DNA from: Octopus sinensis
Taxonomy: Eukaryota
DNA length: 46,452 nucleotides
NCBI RefSeq assembly: GCF_006345805.1
Contig: NW_021834609.1
Span: 1-46,452 of the forward strand
Direction: 5' to 3'
The position numbers were made by a program, and so were the translations under genes. Positions within the stretch are counted from its first letter, which is position 1. Each line of letters begins with the position of its first letter. The notes beneath the pieces were generated by a model. It made no database searches. It saw only the letters and a list, made by a program, of their open reading frames with translations, and was not told the origin of the DNA. Positions 23,439 through 36,590 of the stretch are shown here, in pieces.

Positions 23439-23584
23439 AGTAGTAGTAATGATCATTAGACTATGGAGAGGTACGAAGGAAACAAAATACAACGATTATT
23501 GTGACATGAACATTAAATTGACAAAAGCAATTTCAAATACTTAACCTAGCTTCAGGAGCAGTATTCATCATGGTGTCATGTTAT

Positions 23585-24016
23585 CTAGTGTATGTGTGTG
23601 CTTGTATGTGTGTGTGTGTGGTGTGTGTGTGTGTGTATGTGCGTGTCTGTGTGTATTTGTGTGTCTATGGGTAGCAGTGTATTGTATCTATCATCTCTCT
23701 GAAAATCTCTCTCTATCTGTATATATATATATATAAATAAAAGTATATATATATATATATATATATAAATATATAATATATATATATATATATAGCATAT
23801 ATATATATATATAGATATATATATATATATATATACACACACACGCACACACACACCCATAATATATAACATCTTTATACATACATATATGTATATATGT
23901 ATATATATATATATATATATAGTTATATATATACATAGTTGGATATCATATATGTAGTTATATCTGTACAAACATACACAAAATATATTCAGACATATAC
24001 GCAACCACACACACAC

Positions 24017-24047
<31 letters not shown>

Positions 24048-24508
24048 ATTATATATATATACATATATACATATACACACATACATATATACATGCGTAT
24101 ATATTCGCGGTAACATCACTTTACCTATATATCTATAGGGGAACACGATACAACCAATTACAGGTAGGTTGCGGATTATCACAAAACAGGACAGAACAAA
24201 CAGGAAAAGGCCAGCAAACAAACATACCAACAACCAATCAGGCCAACAATCCAGCATCCCAAGTAACAACAAGTTGTGTGTAATCTTCGTGAACGTTGTA
24301 AGACAATATGTCTGATTTATTAGTATTTTATATATATATATACACACACACATATATATATATAAATATATCTATACACATATATGCATATATATTTATT
24401 TAGTGCTACGATCAGATTACTGTTTGACCTATCCGTTGAACTAACTGGAAATATCACCCTCCGCCTAGTACACTGAGTATCTTAGTATGTATGTGTGTAT
24501 ATACATAT

Positions 24509-24560
<52 letters not shown>

Positions 24561-24633
24561 TATATACATATATATTATATATATATATAAATAAATACAT
24601 ATATATAAAAATACATCCATATATATACAATAT

Positions 24634-24671
<38 letters not shown>

Positions 24672-24762
24672 ATATATCTATATATATATAATTATATAAC
24701 ACATATATATAATATACATATTATATATAACACATATATATATATACATATATGTGTGTATG

Positions 24763-24795
<33 letters not shown>

Positions 24796-24800
24796 GTGTG
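23585..24800. repeat. Large (TA)n/(CA)n-dominated low-complexity region with short unique islands
   Basis: Direct reading. Confidence 0.85.
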
Positions 24801-25175
24801 TGTAGGGGTCTTAGTAACTACAGTAAGTAAATAAGTAAGTCCCTATTTATCATTTTCCTTTTAATTTTGTTGTCGTTGTTGTTGCTTTTGTTGTTTAGAC
24901 CCAGGTCAGCCCTGCATGATAAGATTTTTGTGATGAAAGGGAAATACATCTATCAGAAACATACCGTCTCTTTGTCTCAATCATACTGATGTTTTCTATC
25001 TTGAAATTCGTCCTAACCGTGCAGACATACGATCAGGGGCTGAGGAGTGTTTCCAGTCCCCTGACTGCCGCCTTTAATATTTTTTGTTCGTAAGATCTAG
25101 TATAAATAGGATTACATTATTCAATATGTCTTTCTTAGATTTCTTTTGCTTCGAGAGTAAGCGAGCGAGCGAGAG

Positions 25176-25210
<35 letters not shown>

Positions 25211-25546
25211 AGAAGGAAGGAAGGAAGGAAGGAAGGAAGGAAGGAAGGAAGGAAAGAATGAAAGAAGGAAAGAAAAAGTGTAAGAAGGAAAAGAAGAATG
25301 AAAGAAAGAGTAAGTAAGATTTGGCTACTATTTCTAGCGACCTCATAAAGGGCTGCTTCATCGGATTGTTTGTGTTATTCTTGAACGATCAGATCTCTAT
25401 TCAAAGACAGTCCAGTTACGAACGTTCCACCTTAAATATTGAAAGGTCACGTAGAACACACTGAACTTCCTTTTCAAATCACTAGTGTAAAGTTATCTAA
25501 TAGCCATATACACACTCATACATATATACACACACACATACGTACA

Positions 25547-25578
<32 letters not shown>

Positions 25579-25675
25579 GTTAATACAATCATGAACAAAG
25601 AGAAAACGCAACAACGCGAGCACATGGAACAAGTAGAGTGTTATTGGACGCTCGGGAAAGGAAAGAACGAAGGAG

Positions 25676-25713
25676 GATTTAACGTTTCCAGAGCGTAGTC
25701 CTTCGTCAGAAAT
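25676..25713 (-). ncRNA. Minimal hammerhead-like motif, helix II degenerate
   Basis: Minus RNA: AUUU-CUGACGA-AGGACUACGCUCUG-GAAAC-GUU-AAAU. Helix I is AUUU/AAAU; helix III is the palindrome ACGU; helix II is weak. Confidence 0.4.
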
Positions 25714-25835
25714 ATAGAAAAAAAGGAAAAGTCCAAGGAAGGGAAGACGGGGAAAGAAAATCGCCAATGATACAAACGTGGTCTCACACACACACACACC
25801 ACACAACACACACACACACATATATATATATATTA

Positions 25836-26085
25836 CAGAGTGTCCCCAAAAATGTATACACACTTTAGTAGCTGATAACTCAATTGATGCTTTTTTTCTT
25901 TCCATATGAAAACCATTGGAATTAATGATGGCAGTCAGACTAGGCTTTGAACAAAGGAAATTCATTCTAAAATGCTCCTGGAAGTGTGAAAAGGCAGTTG
26001 AAGTGCAACAACCTTTACAAAGCAAGAAGGAGTACTGGAAACTAATCACCAAAGACCAAGAAAATCTTTGCAGCAAGCGCCCACC
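25836..26085 (+). mobile_element. Tc1/mariner-superfamily element, 5' end (DUF4817-type HTH)
   Basis: TA|CAGAGTGTCCCCAAAAATGTATACACACTTT TIR-like start, then MAVRLGFEQRKFILKCSWKCEKAVEVQQ; truncated. Confidence 0.65.
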
Positions 26086-26571
26086 CGACATTTTTGCATT
26101 GGGTCGCTAACAGACACACTCATTTTTGCATGGGTGTAGGGTAATGATTTAAGGTAATGATTTGGTTGCTTTTTACTGGCAGGCCGACAACCACGTAGCG
26201 GTCTCCTCGTTGGCTCATTGGTTTTATTGCTTCAAGAGAGGCTGACTCTTGTATCACTTTTGAGTTTTGTCTTTGATGCTGGGTCAGAGAAAGTGGGTAA
26301 GCCCCTTTCTCTGCAAGAGAGCAGAACAGAGTAGGTTTTATGACAATTGAAGGAGGATTTAATAAGAAGTGGAATGGAGGGGGTTTTACAAGGCGCAGGA
26401 AATAAGGAATTTGTTATAGTAAATGTAAGCGGGGGCCATGAAAGGAAAAAAGGGGAGTGAATGAACGAGATTGCTTTGTCTTTCACTCTCTCTCTCCTTG
26501 AAATGTGCGTATGTGTGTTGCTCGCGCGCATGATATTAAATATATATATATATATATGTGTGTTGTTGTGC

Positions 26572-26633
<62 letters not shown>

Positions 26634-26731
26634 AATGAATATATATATTTATACATATATATATACATACATACATGCATCTCTCTCTATATATATACAC
26701 ACACACATACATATATATACATATATATATG

Positions 26732-26781
<50 letters not shown>

Positions 26782-27129
26782 AAGAGAAAGAGAGAGAGTA
26801 TGAGAGAAGAAAATGAGTGAGAGAGATAGTAAAAAGATGAGCGAGAAGGAGAGAGAGAGAAAAGTTTTGGGTTGAGATGAAGCATGTTATCAGAAGACAC
26901 TGCTCCTTAGCCATTTTTCACAACGAATTCTTGTCCCTTTGATGATGCCGCTTCTTAATATAGATGAAACCCATCGGAGGGCGATGGTCTCCCTGCTTGT
27001 AGCATTTGTTGCTTTTATTTCGCTCTATTAATATCCCATATCCGCCTACTTCGAGCAGATACAAGACTAATGGCGTTCCATCCGTGTGAAGAAAAGTAAT
27101 TACGTGTTATTTTCTTTCTTTCTTCTTAT

Positions 27130-28200
27130 TTATTTTTCCAGACATCAAGGGCGTTGCTGTTGCATCGCTTGCAGACACCAGGGACTGTATCTATGACCAC
27201 TCGTTGTTACATTTGGATTCTACCACTAAAATGTACTCTTCAGTCTCTGGGTTACAAGCGTTCTGTCTCTTCCTCTTTGTCTTTCTGGAAATTGGATTGG
27301 AAGCACTCCGTCGGTTACGACGATGAGGGTTCCGGTTGATCCGAATCAACGGAACAGCCTGCTCGTGAAATTAACGTGCAAGTGTCTGAGCACTCCACAG
27401 ACACGTGTACCCTTAACGTAGTTCTCGGGGATATTCAGCGTGACACAGAGAGTGACAAGGCCGGCCCTTTGAAGTACATGTACAACAGAAACAGGAAGTA
27501 AGAGTGAGAGAAAGTTGTGGTGAAAGAGTACAGCATGGATCACCACCACCCCCTGCCGGAGCTTCGTGGAGCTTTAGGTGTTTTCGCTCAATAAACATTC
27601 ACAACGCCCGGTCTGGGAATCGAAACCGCGATCCTATGACCGCGAGTCCGCTGCCCTAACCACTGGGTCATTGCGCCTCCACCTTTGTCTTTCTACCCCT
27701 ACTACAACGGCCTAACTTCCTTGATGTTGAATGCTTCCCTATCTCCACTACTCAACTATCCATCTCCCTCGTTACCTTTGACTTCGACAATTCGTTTAAC
27801 ATACACTAGTTTTAGTCGCTTTCCTTCTTCCCCAGATAATCGATTCTTTGGAAATTCTCTGCGGGTATTGTCCCATAACTTTTAAACGGGTTGTTAACAA
27901 TATCAAGCCCACTGGTCTCGAAGGGTATGCAAAAGTCTTGCGCTCTTCCTTATCTTCCACATTTAGAAAAATAAATAATCACCTTATCATAATGTGATGT
28001 AGTCTTCCCTTTTTAAAGATGTTTTTAAGTATTTTGATTTGAGGTATAATTTGCCTTTCTTTCTTGCAAAATGTCTATTCCCAAAATTAACAGCATCAAG
28101 CTCCCCGCTCTTAGAGACCCCACATATATCGTATGCCCTGCCTCTTTTTCCAGACTAGGAAAAAAATTTACCGCGCAAACATTATCCGTTCCTTGCCTCC
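27130..28200 (-). mobile_element. Old RTE-clade LINE 3' remnant, interrupted by a family C SINE
   Basis: Fragmented minus-strand frames: LVWKKR, ARKKGKLYL..KYLKNIFK.KREDYIT, LKLWDN..EFPKNRLSGEEGKRLKLVY, RKTKRKRQN. These follow the order of RTE ORF2 C-terminal motifs, with many stops. Confidence 0.5.
27287..27682 (-). mobile_element. SINE family C, full length, 12-bp TSD
   Basis: Complete A/B-box head to ...GACGGAGTGCTTCC tail; direct repeat CTTTGTCTTTCT at 27275-27286 and 27683-27694. Confidence 0.93.
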
Positions 28201-28631
28201 TGAAAATGTTATTGTATGCGATTTTAAGAATATTTTGGCTCTATTTCTAGTTAAGGTACATATCCAAAACAAATCATTCCACTTCAGAGCCAGAAATTAC
28301 ACTTAACCTTGTATGCTTGGTTAATACTCCACAAAACTCAAATAAGATCTCCAATGGAATACTGCTCTCGTATGTAGGACTGAGTTCCTTTTGCGGCACG
28401 CAGATACCTATGACCTCAAAATCATCAGTGAAATATTTTGATCTCTGTTAATAGGTAAACAAAATGCAGTTTGCAAAATTATTCTATTTCTAATTATACT
28501 ATGCTGTACAAGTGACTGAGATCACGCATTTCCCATCCAACGTAAAACCAATTCGTCTATGATTACTCATACATAGTGCTGATTACACTGGAGAAAAGGG
28601 AAATGAAGTATTTTTGTGAAGAAGAAAACGC

Positions 28632-28715
28632 ACCGCCCCATCCGAGAATCAGAACGATGATCTTTCAATTGAGAGTGCAACACACATAACCATTAGGACA
28701 CACGTCTTCTCCTAA
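28632..28715 (-). mobile_element. tRNA-like SINE head, family E
   Basis: Minus strand: GTGTCCTAATGGTTATGTGTGTTGCACTCTCAATTGAAAGATCATCGTTCTGATTCTCGGATGG; resembles the head at 39261. Confidence 0.45.
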
Positions 28716-28973
28716 AGCTAACGTTAGCGCTGAAATAACAATAGAGTAAGAACGAGGGTACACAAGTCCTTATGTTATAGTAATTACGATCGTTCAAGCA
28801 AGCAAATCTCAATTTTCGCGCTAGATGTCGCTGCACACACAGAATTATTTTAGAATAAGGTTAAGAATATATTTATATGCCTATCAAAATATAATTTATT
28901 GAACTATATTTTCTTGTAAGCTCTACAGAGGTTTATATGCATGTAAGGCTGGTTTATATATATATATATATAT

Positions 28974-29193
28974 AAGGCGAGCTGGCAGACACGTTAGCGC
29001 GCCGGGCGAAATGCTTAGCAGTATTTCGTCTGTCATTACGTTCTGAGTTTTAATTCCGCCGAGGTCAACTTTGCCTTTCATCTTTTCGGGGTCGATAAAT
29101 AAAGTACCAGTCTCGCACTGGGGTGATATAATCGACTCAATCCCTCGTCTGTCCTTGTTTGTCCCTCTATGTTTAGTCCCTTCTGGACAGTAA

Positions 29194-29197
<4 letters not shown>
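28974..29197 (+). mobile_element. SINE family B, head-core-tail1
   Basis: AAGGCGAGCTGGCAGACACGTTAGCGCGCCGGGCGAAATGCTTAG...GCCGAGGTCAACTTTGCCTTTCATC.... Confidence 0.9.
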
Positions 29198-29245
<48 letters not shown>

Positions 29246-30354
29246 CATATATATATTGTATATATATATAGTAATTATTATACATACATACATAATACAT
29301 ATATATATATATATATATTGTGCGTGTATGCGTCTATGGTCCGTGCATGTGTAATTATATAAGGATGTGTATATATTTGTGTACATTAATGTATATATGC
29401 ATATTAAAGCAAATGTGTATGTAGACATAGCACTATATATATAAACACAGATATATATATATATATGTATACACACACATTTATATATAAGCATACATAT
29501 ATACGTTGATATATGTATGTATGTACGTGGATATATGTGTGCGTGTGCATGTGCGTATTTGTTTATATGTACATCCACATCTGTGCATGTGGGTGGGTGT
29601 GTTTTAAGCATATGTGAGGTGCGAAGTCTGGAAGCGCAAATAAACATAAAGGGAATTATTTGTTCATAAAATACAGAAATCCTGCACTCGGAGCAACACC
29701 TCGTGTAGTTATATTGCACCGGGCAATTAAACGTTCAATTATCTGTGTAATTATTATGTAGTTGCGAATCTTATTTCACATGTGTGAGAATCTCGTATAC
29801 ACACACACACACATACACACGTATATATATATGTAAAACTGTGTTTGTATTATGCGACTGCGTATAAGAGTATGAGATATTTTGGTAATATTCGTCCCAT
29901 TTCCCATTCCACAGCGTCTGCAATTTCCTCTGCTCTATCCACAATTTTTAACAACAATTATATTGCTGAGTATTTCGCATTAGCATGTTGACTAAATTTT
30001 ATTGTTTCCCATTCAATGGACATTTCTTTGATGTCTTTGTGTTTAAGAGGCTGTGATTTTTTCACTCTATTTTAGTTTCATTGTTTTGGGTTTTTTTTTT
30101 CATCGTTTATAAAGCATGGATTCGTGTATACCGAGGTGCACGTATATATATGTAAGGTGAGTAACGGCTTAAACGTACTGTCACTAACAGCATGCTATAT
30201 TAGCACCGAGCGAAACAGAGTTTATTTAATGAGATGCCCCCTATAGCATGACCCGAAAATTTGCATCTGCTCTGAAGGATGCACCACAACCAGTTGTACA
30301 GGGTGCGTCGAAATAACCGTTGTTAGCAATAAAGTTTCTCTATCATATATACGC

Positions 30355-30407
<53 letters not shown>

Positions 30408-30589
30408 GTGTGTGTGTGTGTGTATACACGTACACATATATGAACATAGAAACACACACATCTATGCATGCTTATATTTATATATATATATATATATATA
30501 ATATAGATAGATAGATAGATAGATATAGATATATACATAAACATATATACATATGCATACATACATACATACATACATACATACATACA

Positions 30590-30621
<32 letters not shown>

Positions 30622-31040
30622 AAGAGAAAACCAACTTATTTTAAATCTCTCAGTGAGAGATATGAATCGTCAGTACCGAATAGTAAAGTTTATTTGCCAA
30701 CATAACGTGAAAGTCCTATACAAGGATGATGTCATTGGTATTAAGCCCCATGAAAAAATCTTTTCCAGTTGTCTACCGGCACCCAAGTTGTTCCCGTATG
30801 TTATTTGCAAGGGAGGTCATCACTCCCCTCTCTAGTCTTACGTGATACTCACAGACCTCGGTTTCTGTGTACTTATCCTGCCTCCGTGTAAGAAAATCAC
30901 AAGCTAGTGATGAAGGCTCTCTCCACTTACAAATACGAATTGTATCATTTTATCAGTGGTGTACTCGACTAGTCCCTCTCCCCCTAAATTTCAGGCTTTC
31001 CGCTTAATAGCGGAGTTAAATATTATAAATGTTATTATTA

Positions 31041-31830
31041 AGGCTATGGGGAGGTAGCGAGCTTGCAGAATCGTTAGCACGCCGGTCAAAGTGCTTGCCG
31101 GCATTTCGTCCGTCCTTACGTTCGGTGTTCAAATTCCGGCGAGGTTTACTTTGCCTTTCATCCTTTCGGAGTTGATGAAATAAGTACCAGTCATGCAGTG
31201 GGTCGATGTAATTGACTGGCTCCCTCCCCAAAATTTAGAGCATTGTGCGCATAGTAGAAAGGATTATTAAAGCTATGGTGAAGGTAGCGAGCTGTCAGAA
31301 TCGTTACCAGCCAGGCAAAATGCTTAGCGGTATTTCGTCTAAGTTCTGAGTTCAAATTCCGCCGAGGTCGACTTTGCCTTTCATCGTTTCAGAGTCGATT
31401 AAATAAGTACCAGTTACGCGCTGGGGTCCATATAATCGACTTAATTCGTTTGTCTGTCCTTGTTTGTCTCCTCTCTGTGTTTAGCCCCTTGTAAGTAGTA
31501 AAGAAATAGGTATTTCGTCTAAGTTCTGAGTTCAAATTCCTCCGAGGTCGACCTTACCTTTCATCCTTCCGGTGTCGATGAGTTCCAGTTGTGTACTGTG
31601 GTCGATGTAATCGGATTATCCCTTATCATATTCGTTAGGGCGTCGGACAAAATGCTTAACAGCATTTCTTCCGATTCATTACTTTCTGAGTTCTTATTCC
31701 GCCAAGATGGATTTTGCCTTTCACCCTTTCGAGATCGATAAAATAAGTACCCGTCAAGTACTGCAGCTGATATAATCGACTTCCGCTCTTCTCAAAAACT
31801 GTGGGCCCTGTGCCAAAATTTTAAATCATT
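31041..31830 (+). mobile_element. Tandem cluster of family B SINE units (four cores)
   Basis: Cores at ~31120, ~31340, ~31520 and ~31685; heads at 31041 and 31270, and a partial head at ~31635. Confidence 0.88.
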
Positions 31831-32304
31831 ACTTTCGTCGCTGTTGGTATTGATATTGTTGTTATTATTTGCACAGTTAGAATTTCGTTCGTTCAATTTC
31901 CTTGTCACTTGACATTTGCACTTACATGACCCCTACCTTCCTGTTCCCGTCGCCCCTTCCATCTCCCCCTTATCAATCCCATTTTACGATTCCACACATG
32001 CAATGTCGAAGTCCGCACGACCGTCTTCATAAAAACTTCACTCAAAATAAATATGTATATAAAGAATATAAAAGGAAGGAAATAAGAGAGACAGAAAGAA
32101 ACAAAGAAGTGAAATGAGAGTGAAAGAGAGAGAGAGAGAGAGAGAAAGAAAGTGGGTGGAGGAAGGATATAAAATTTCAGTAGTGAAACAATAAATAAAC
32201 ACCCACACACAACTCACCCCACCACTTTCACCTACACATACATAAAGATACACATACATACTCAACCTTTCCCTCATGAACATATATATTTAATACGCAT
32301 ACAC

Positions 32305-32387
32305 ATAGGCGCGGACATGGCCGTATGGTAAGAAGCTCTCTTCCTAACCATGTAGTTCCGGGTTCATTCCTACTTCGTGGCACTTTA

Positions 32388-32391
<4 letters not shown>
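32305..32391 (+). mobile_element. SINE family A head truncated by (TA)n
   Basis: CATAGGCGCGGACATGGCCGTATGGTAAGAAGC...GTTCCGGGTTCATTCCTAC. Confidence 0.8.
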
Positions 32392-32430
<39 letters not shown>

Positions 32431-32580
32431 CGATAAATCTCAGAGCGAGTTATAGGGCACAGATAGTGTGTCTATAGCCAGCTGGAGGAGATATCTTCCT
32501 GGGGCTACAAACTACAGTAGCATCCACCCTTAGGGGTTGGCCATATTCAAATGGCAAATATGCGTCACTATATATATATA

Positions 32581-32800
32581 TCATCATCATCACCGTTTGA
32601 CGTCCGCTTTCAATGCTAGCATGGGTTGGACGGTTTGACTGTTGTCTGGCGAACCAGGTGGCTGCACCAGTCTTGATCTGGCAGAGTTTCTACAGCTCGA
32701 TACCCTTCCTAACGCCAACCACTCCGAGAGTGTAGTGTGTGCTTTTACGTGCCACCGGCACGGGGGCCAGTCAAGTGGTACTGGCAACGACCTCGCTCGA
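32581..32800 (-). mobile_element. SINE family D 3' part (RTE-type tail ending in (TGA)n)
   Basis: Minus strand: ...GTGGTTGGCGTTAGGAAGGG...GTCAAACCGTCCAACCCATGCTAGCATTGAAAGCGGACGTCAAACGGTGATGATGATG; same family at 34258. Confidence 0.8.
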
Positions 32801-33767
32801 TTTTTTATATATATATATATATTTATTTAGGTATATATATATATGTATGTATATTTATATAAATTTGTTTTGGGATTAACGTCGTGGATAAATGCTCACT
32901 TCACAGTCAGCTTTTCAAGGTTTGATTTCACTATGTCACATCACTTCAAACCAAGTCTTGCGAATGTAAATAAGCTGTTGACAACACTGAGGAGGCTGTT
33001 TCTGTTGGACCCTAACTACTCTCGCGGGACAGATTCAATGGATCCACCAGTTAAACACCTCTACCACCACCGACAAACTAATTCGTATATTCTGCAGATT
33101 ACCTCCTTGCTTCAAACATTCAAATCACGTCTCTTAGAAAGATCATTGAGAAGTAGTTTCTACACAATTTTATTCAGTTTCATATAAGACCCGTCCACAA
33201 AGGACCCTTCCTCCTGTAATTCTATTTATTTACTTTCTGCTTTATAGAGTACATCGGGCAATACAAGAACGCTTTCTATATCAGAGCAATTTTTAGTTTT
33301 ATTTTACAAGACCATCTCAACTTGCGCTCACCACTTGTTTATTTCTCTTCAATAAGATGGTGTGGGTGCAACGTGCTCAAAATGTAACGAAACTAATTCC
33401 GAGAAGTTTAAGAACCATGAAATATGTCAAGACAGTCGATTTTATTTCGCTTGCCTCGAAGAGAAAAATATCATACTCTTGTTTCTTTTACAAAAGTCCA
33501 TGCTAAAAAGCTGCAAAACTTTTAAGGAGTGTTCGTCCAGGTTGTAAAAGCCGAACTAGATTATTTTATGCAGAACTCCATTGTCTCCCGAGACAAAAAA
33601 GGATGCCAACAAGCTTTTCAGGCTTTTGTAATGTGTGCAACCGAATTTTGAAAGGTGTAGGGTGCAAATCTCTGTAACGCTAGGTGGCCACTTTTTTCCC
33701 GTCTTCTCAGGCTACTTTAGCCGATCATTTCAGCAGCTGTTTTCACACCTAATCTGCATTCAGGGTT

Positions 33768-33825
<58 letters not shown>

Positions 33826-34125
33826 CGATATAGTGCATATTTATACACATAAGGAATCCACACTTAGGGTGAGATTCAACACATTAGAGAACCACAAAAA
33901 TAAGATAAAATTCGACAGGAATAAATTTGGAAATGGAAAAACATTTACCATTCAATACCTCGGACCAAATTGGTTTCTGATCTTCTTTTAGCAAGTCGGG
34001 GGAACTCGCAAGGTCTGATTTTTTTTTCTTTCTTTTTTTTTTGCGTGTTAGACCACTGGAAATGTAAATTTTGATTGAATATTTTAAATTTAACTAAATT
34101 CCATTTCCCTTTTGATATGATTAAA

Positions 34126-34187
<62 letters not shown>

Positions 34188-34220
34188 CTATATATATATA
34201 TATATATTATATGTATAATG

Positions 34221-34251
<31 letters not shown>

Positions 34252-34257
34252 ATGTAT

Positions 34258-34505
34258 GTCAGTCACACTGCAAAGTGGTTGGTGTTTGGAAGGGCAAATC
34301 ATGCCAAAACCGACGTGGCTGGTGTCACGTAACACGCACTCAGTCCACTGTGCAGGGTGGCCGGTGATAAAAGGGCAGCCAGTCATAAAAACAGTGCTAA
34401 ACAGACACAAAAGCCTGGTACAGTCTTCTGGCTGGCCAGCTCCTGTCAAACCGTCCAACCTATGCCAGCTGGGAAGGCAGACGTTAAACGATGATAATGA
34501 TGATA
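34258..34505 (+). mobile_element. SINE family D 3' part
   Basis: GTGGTTGGTGTTTGGAAGGGCA...CTGTCAAACCGTCCAACCTATGCCAGC..GGCAGACGTTAAACGATGATAATGATG. Confidence 0.8.
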
Positions 34506-34536
34506 TGTGTGTGTGTGTGTGTATGTGTGCGTGTGT

Positions 34537-34587
<51 letters not shown>

Positions 34588-34756
34588 CATATATAAAATC
34601 GCGAAATGAGGAGTACTTAGACAGCCGACAACTGTTACTTGTCCTGTTTCTGTTCTTTCTCTCGTTGTTTGCGTATTTAACTCACTTGTTTTCGTGTTTC
34701 ATGTTGTTTATTTATATTATTATTTGATTGGACGCCACGCATCCATTTCCAAGTAA

Positions 34757-34808
<52 letters not shown>

Positions 34809-34929
34809 CGTGTGTGTGTCTGTTTTTATTTATGTCTATGCGTGTCTATACAACTACAGAGACATCTCAAAATGAAGTAGTCACTATCTTTTTTAAAAGA
34901 TCTATCTCTCTTTTCTCTTCTCAATAGTT

Positions 34930-35376
34930 TCTCGTCCAAAAAGTGCTTTCCTTCTGCCATGCCATAATAATAATGAAGTTGATAGAGATGCCTCACGTAA
35001 GTATGCCGACTAATTTGAAGCTGCTCAGCAGCATCAGTTGCTTTTCAACGGGGATTATTTTCAACAACCCTCTTGACAGATTTAAGACGCCTGTTAGAAG
35101 GTCCATACTGATCTGAATAGGATGGTCTTAATTCCTTTCTTTTGCTAGTGAATTGTACAATCACTCTCTTGACTTCAGCAATAGGAATCCCAAGATTTTG
35201 TGCTATTTTATGTTGGGTATTTTCCACTCTCAGATTGAACCACAATGTGTCCTCTTTGAAATCAGATAGCTCCCTTGTTTCTGGGGTTCGCGGTATGGAT
35301 AGTTTTTATAAACAATTGATATTCTGTAGTCTGAAATGAAAATAATATTACGTTAACATGTTTGAAGTACCCGGTG
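34930..35376 (-). mobile_element. Tc1-type transposon 5' fragment (second Tc1 family)
   Basis: TA|CACCGGGTACTTCAAAC end; frames give RELSDFKRGHIV...KIAQNLGIPIAEVKRVIVQF...VKRVVENNPR (paired-like HTH), then decay. Confidence 0.75.
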
Positions 35377-35457
35377 TAATGAATGTGGCTAATTTAGTTC
35401 CCAGATAGTAGTGCGTATATGTTACGCACACAAACACACCACGTGTATATATGAGTG

Positions 35458-35512
<55 letters not shown>

Positions 35513-35731
35513 TCAGATAAGAGGAAAAATCTATCAGAAGGAACTCTAATCTTTTGATAAGCATACAAAATGCGCAACACCGGTAAAAAGAACTTTCACC
35601 TAATTAAATTACTTAAGTTACTTAAATTATTTTGTCAGCATTTTCTTCATTTCCTTTATCATTTATCACAACTCGTGTTCCACATCTCCTTTTTTAAATA
35701 TATATATATATATACATAAAATGTATATATA

Positions 35732-35986
35732 TTCTTTTATTCTTTTACTTGCTTCAGTCACTTGACTGTGGCCATGCTGGAACACTGCCTTTAGTCGAAC
35801 AAATCGACCGCAGGACTTATTCTTCGTAAACCTGGTACTTACTCTATCGGTCGAACCGCTAAGTTACGGGTGCATAAACACACCAACATCGGTTGTGAAG
35901 CGATGGTGGTTGGACAAACGCAGACGCACACAAATACATCATACATACTACATACATACATACATATACATATATATACATACTAC

Positions 35987-36056
<70 letters not shown>

Positions 36057-36177
36057 ACGACGGGCTTCTTTCAGTTTCCGTCTACGAAATCCACTCACAA
36101 AGCTTTGGTCCCACGCATTGGGACTGAACCCGAAACCATGTGCTTGGAAAGCAAGTTACTTACCACACAGCCATATG
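35732..36177 (-). mobile_element. SINE family A with expanded internal microsatellite
   Basis: Family A tail and head separated by ~165 bp of CA/TA repeats. Confidence 0.88.
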
Positions 36178-36200
36178 CATATACATGTACAGATATATAC

Positions 36201-36590
36201 TCTCTTATTCTTTTATTCTTTTACTTGTTTCAGTCATTTGACTGCGGTCATGCTGCAGTACCTCTTTGAAGAGTGTAATTCGAACAAATCGACCTAGGAC
36301 TTATTTTTTAATCCTTGTACTTATTCCATTGATTTCTTTTGTCGAACTGGTCAAATACGGGGATGGACACCCGAACATTAGTTGTCAAGTGGTGGTGGGG
36401 GACAAACACTGGCACAAAGACGCACACGCATAGATATACACATATAAACACGACGAGCTTCTTTCAGTTTCCATCTACCAAAATCCACTCACAAGGCTTT
36501 GGTCGAAGCTATAGTAGAAGACACTTTCTCAAGGTGCCACATAGTGGGACTGAACCCAGAATCACGTGTTTGGAAGCAAGCTTCACACAC
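36201..36590 (-). mobile_element. SINE family A, older copy, in tandem with the previous one
   Basis: Family A sequence with more substitutions. Confidence 0.85.

Noticed and set aside
24270-24335. Minus-strand CUAAUAA...AGACA-UAU-UGUCU...AACGUU hammerhead-like pattern; also a solo-LTR idea for 24095-24335
   Set aside because: The GAAA core is absent and spacing is wrong; no TG...CA termini or TSD support an LTR.
27600-27682. tRNA-like sequence (also 110-192 and 38445-38525)
   Set aside because: A/B boxes are present but they are SINE heads continuing into the SINE body; I see no proper acceptor stem, so not called tRNA genes.
28778-28795. GCGCTAGATGTCGCTG, a CTCF-like motif
   Set aside because: A single imperfect match that cannot be distinguished from chance without ChIP or conservation data.
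33240-33300. EYIGQ peptide suggesting a GIY-YIG endonuclease
   Set aside because: Only four or five residues match; no upstream GIY motif and no downstream conserved R/E/N residues.
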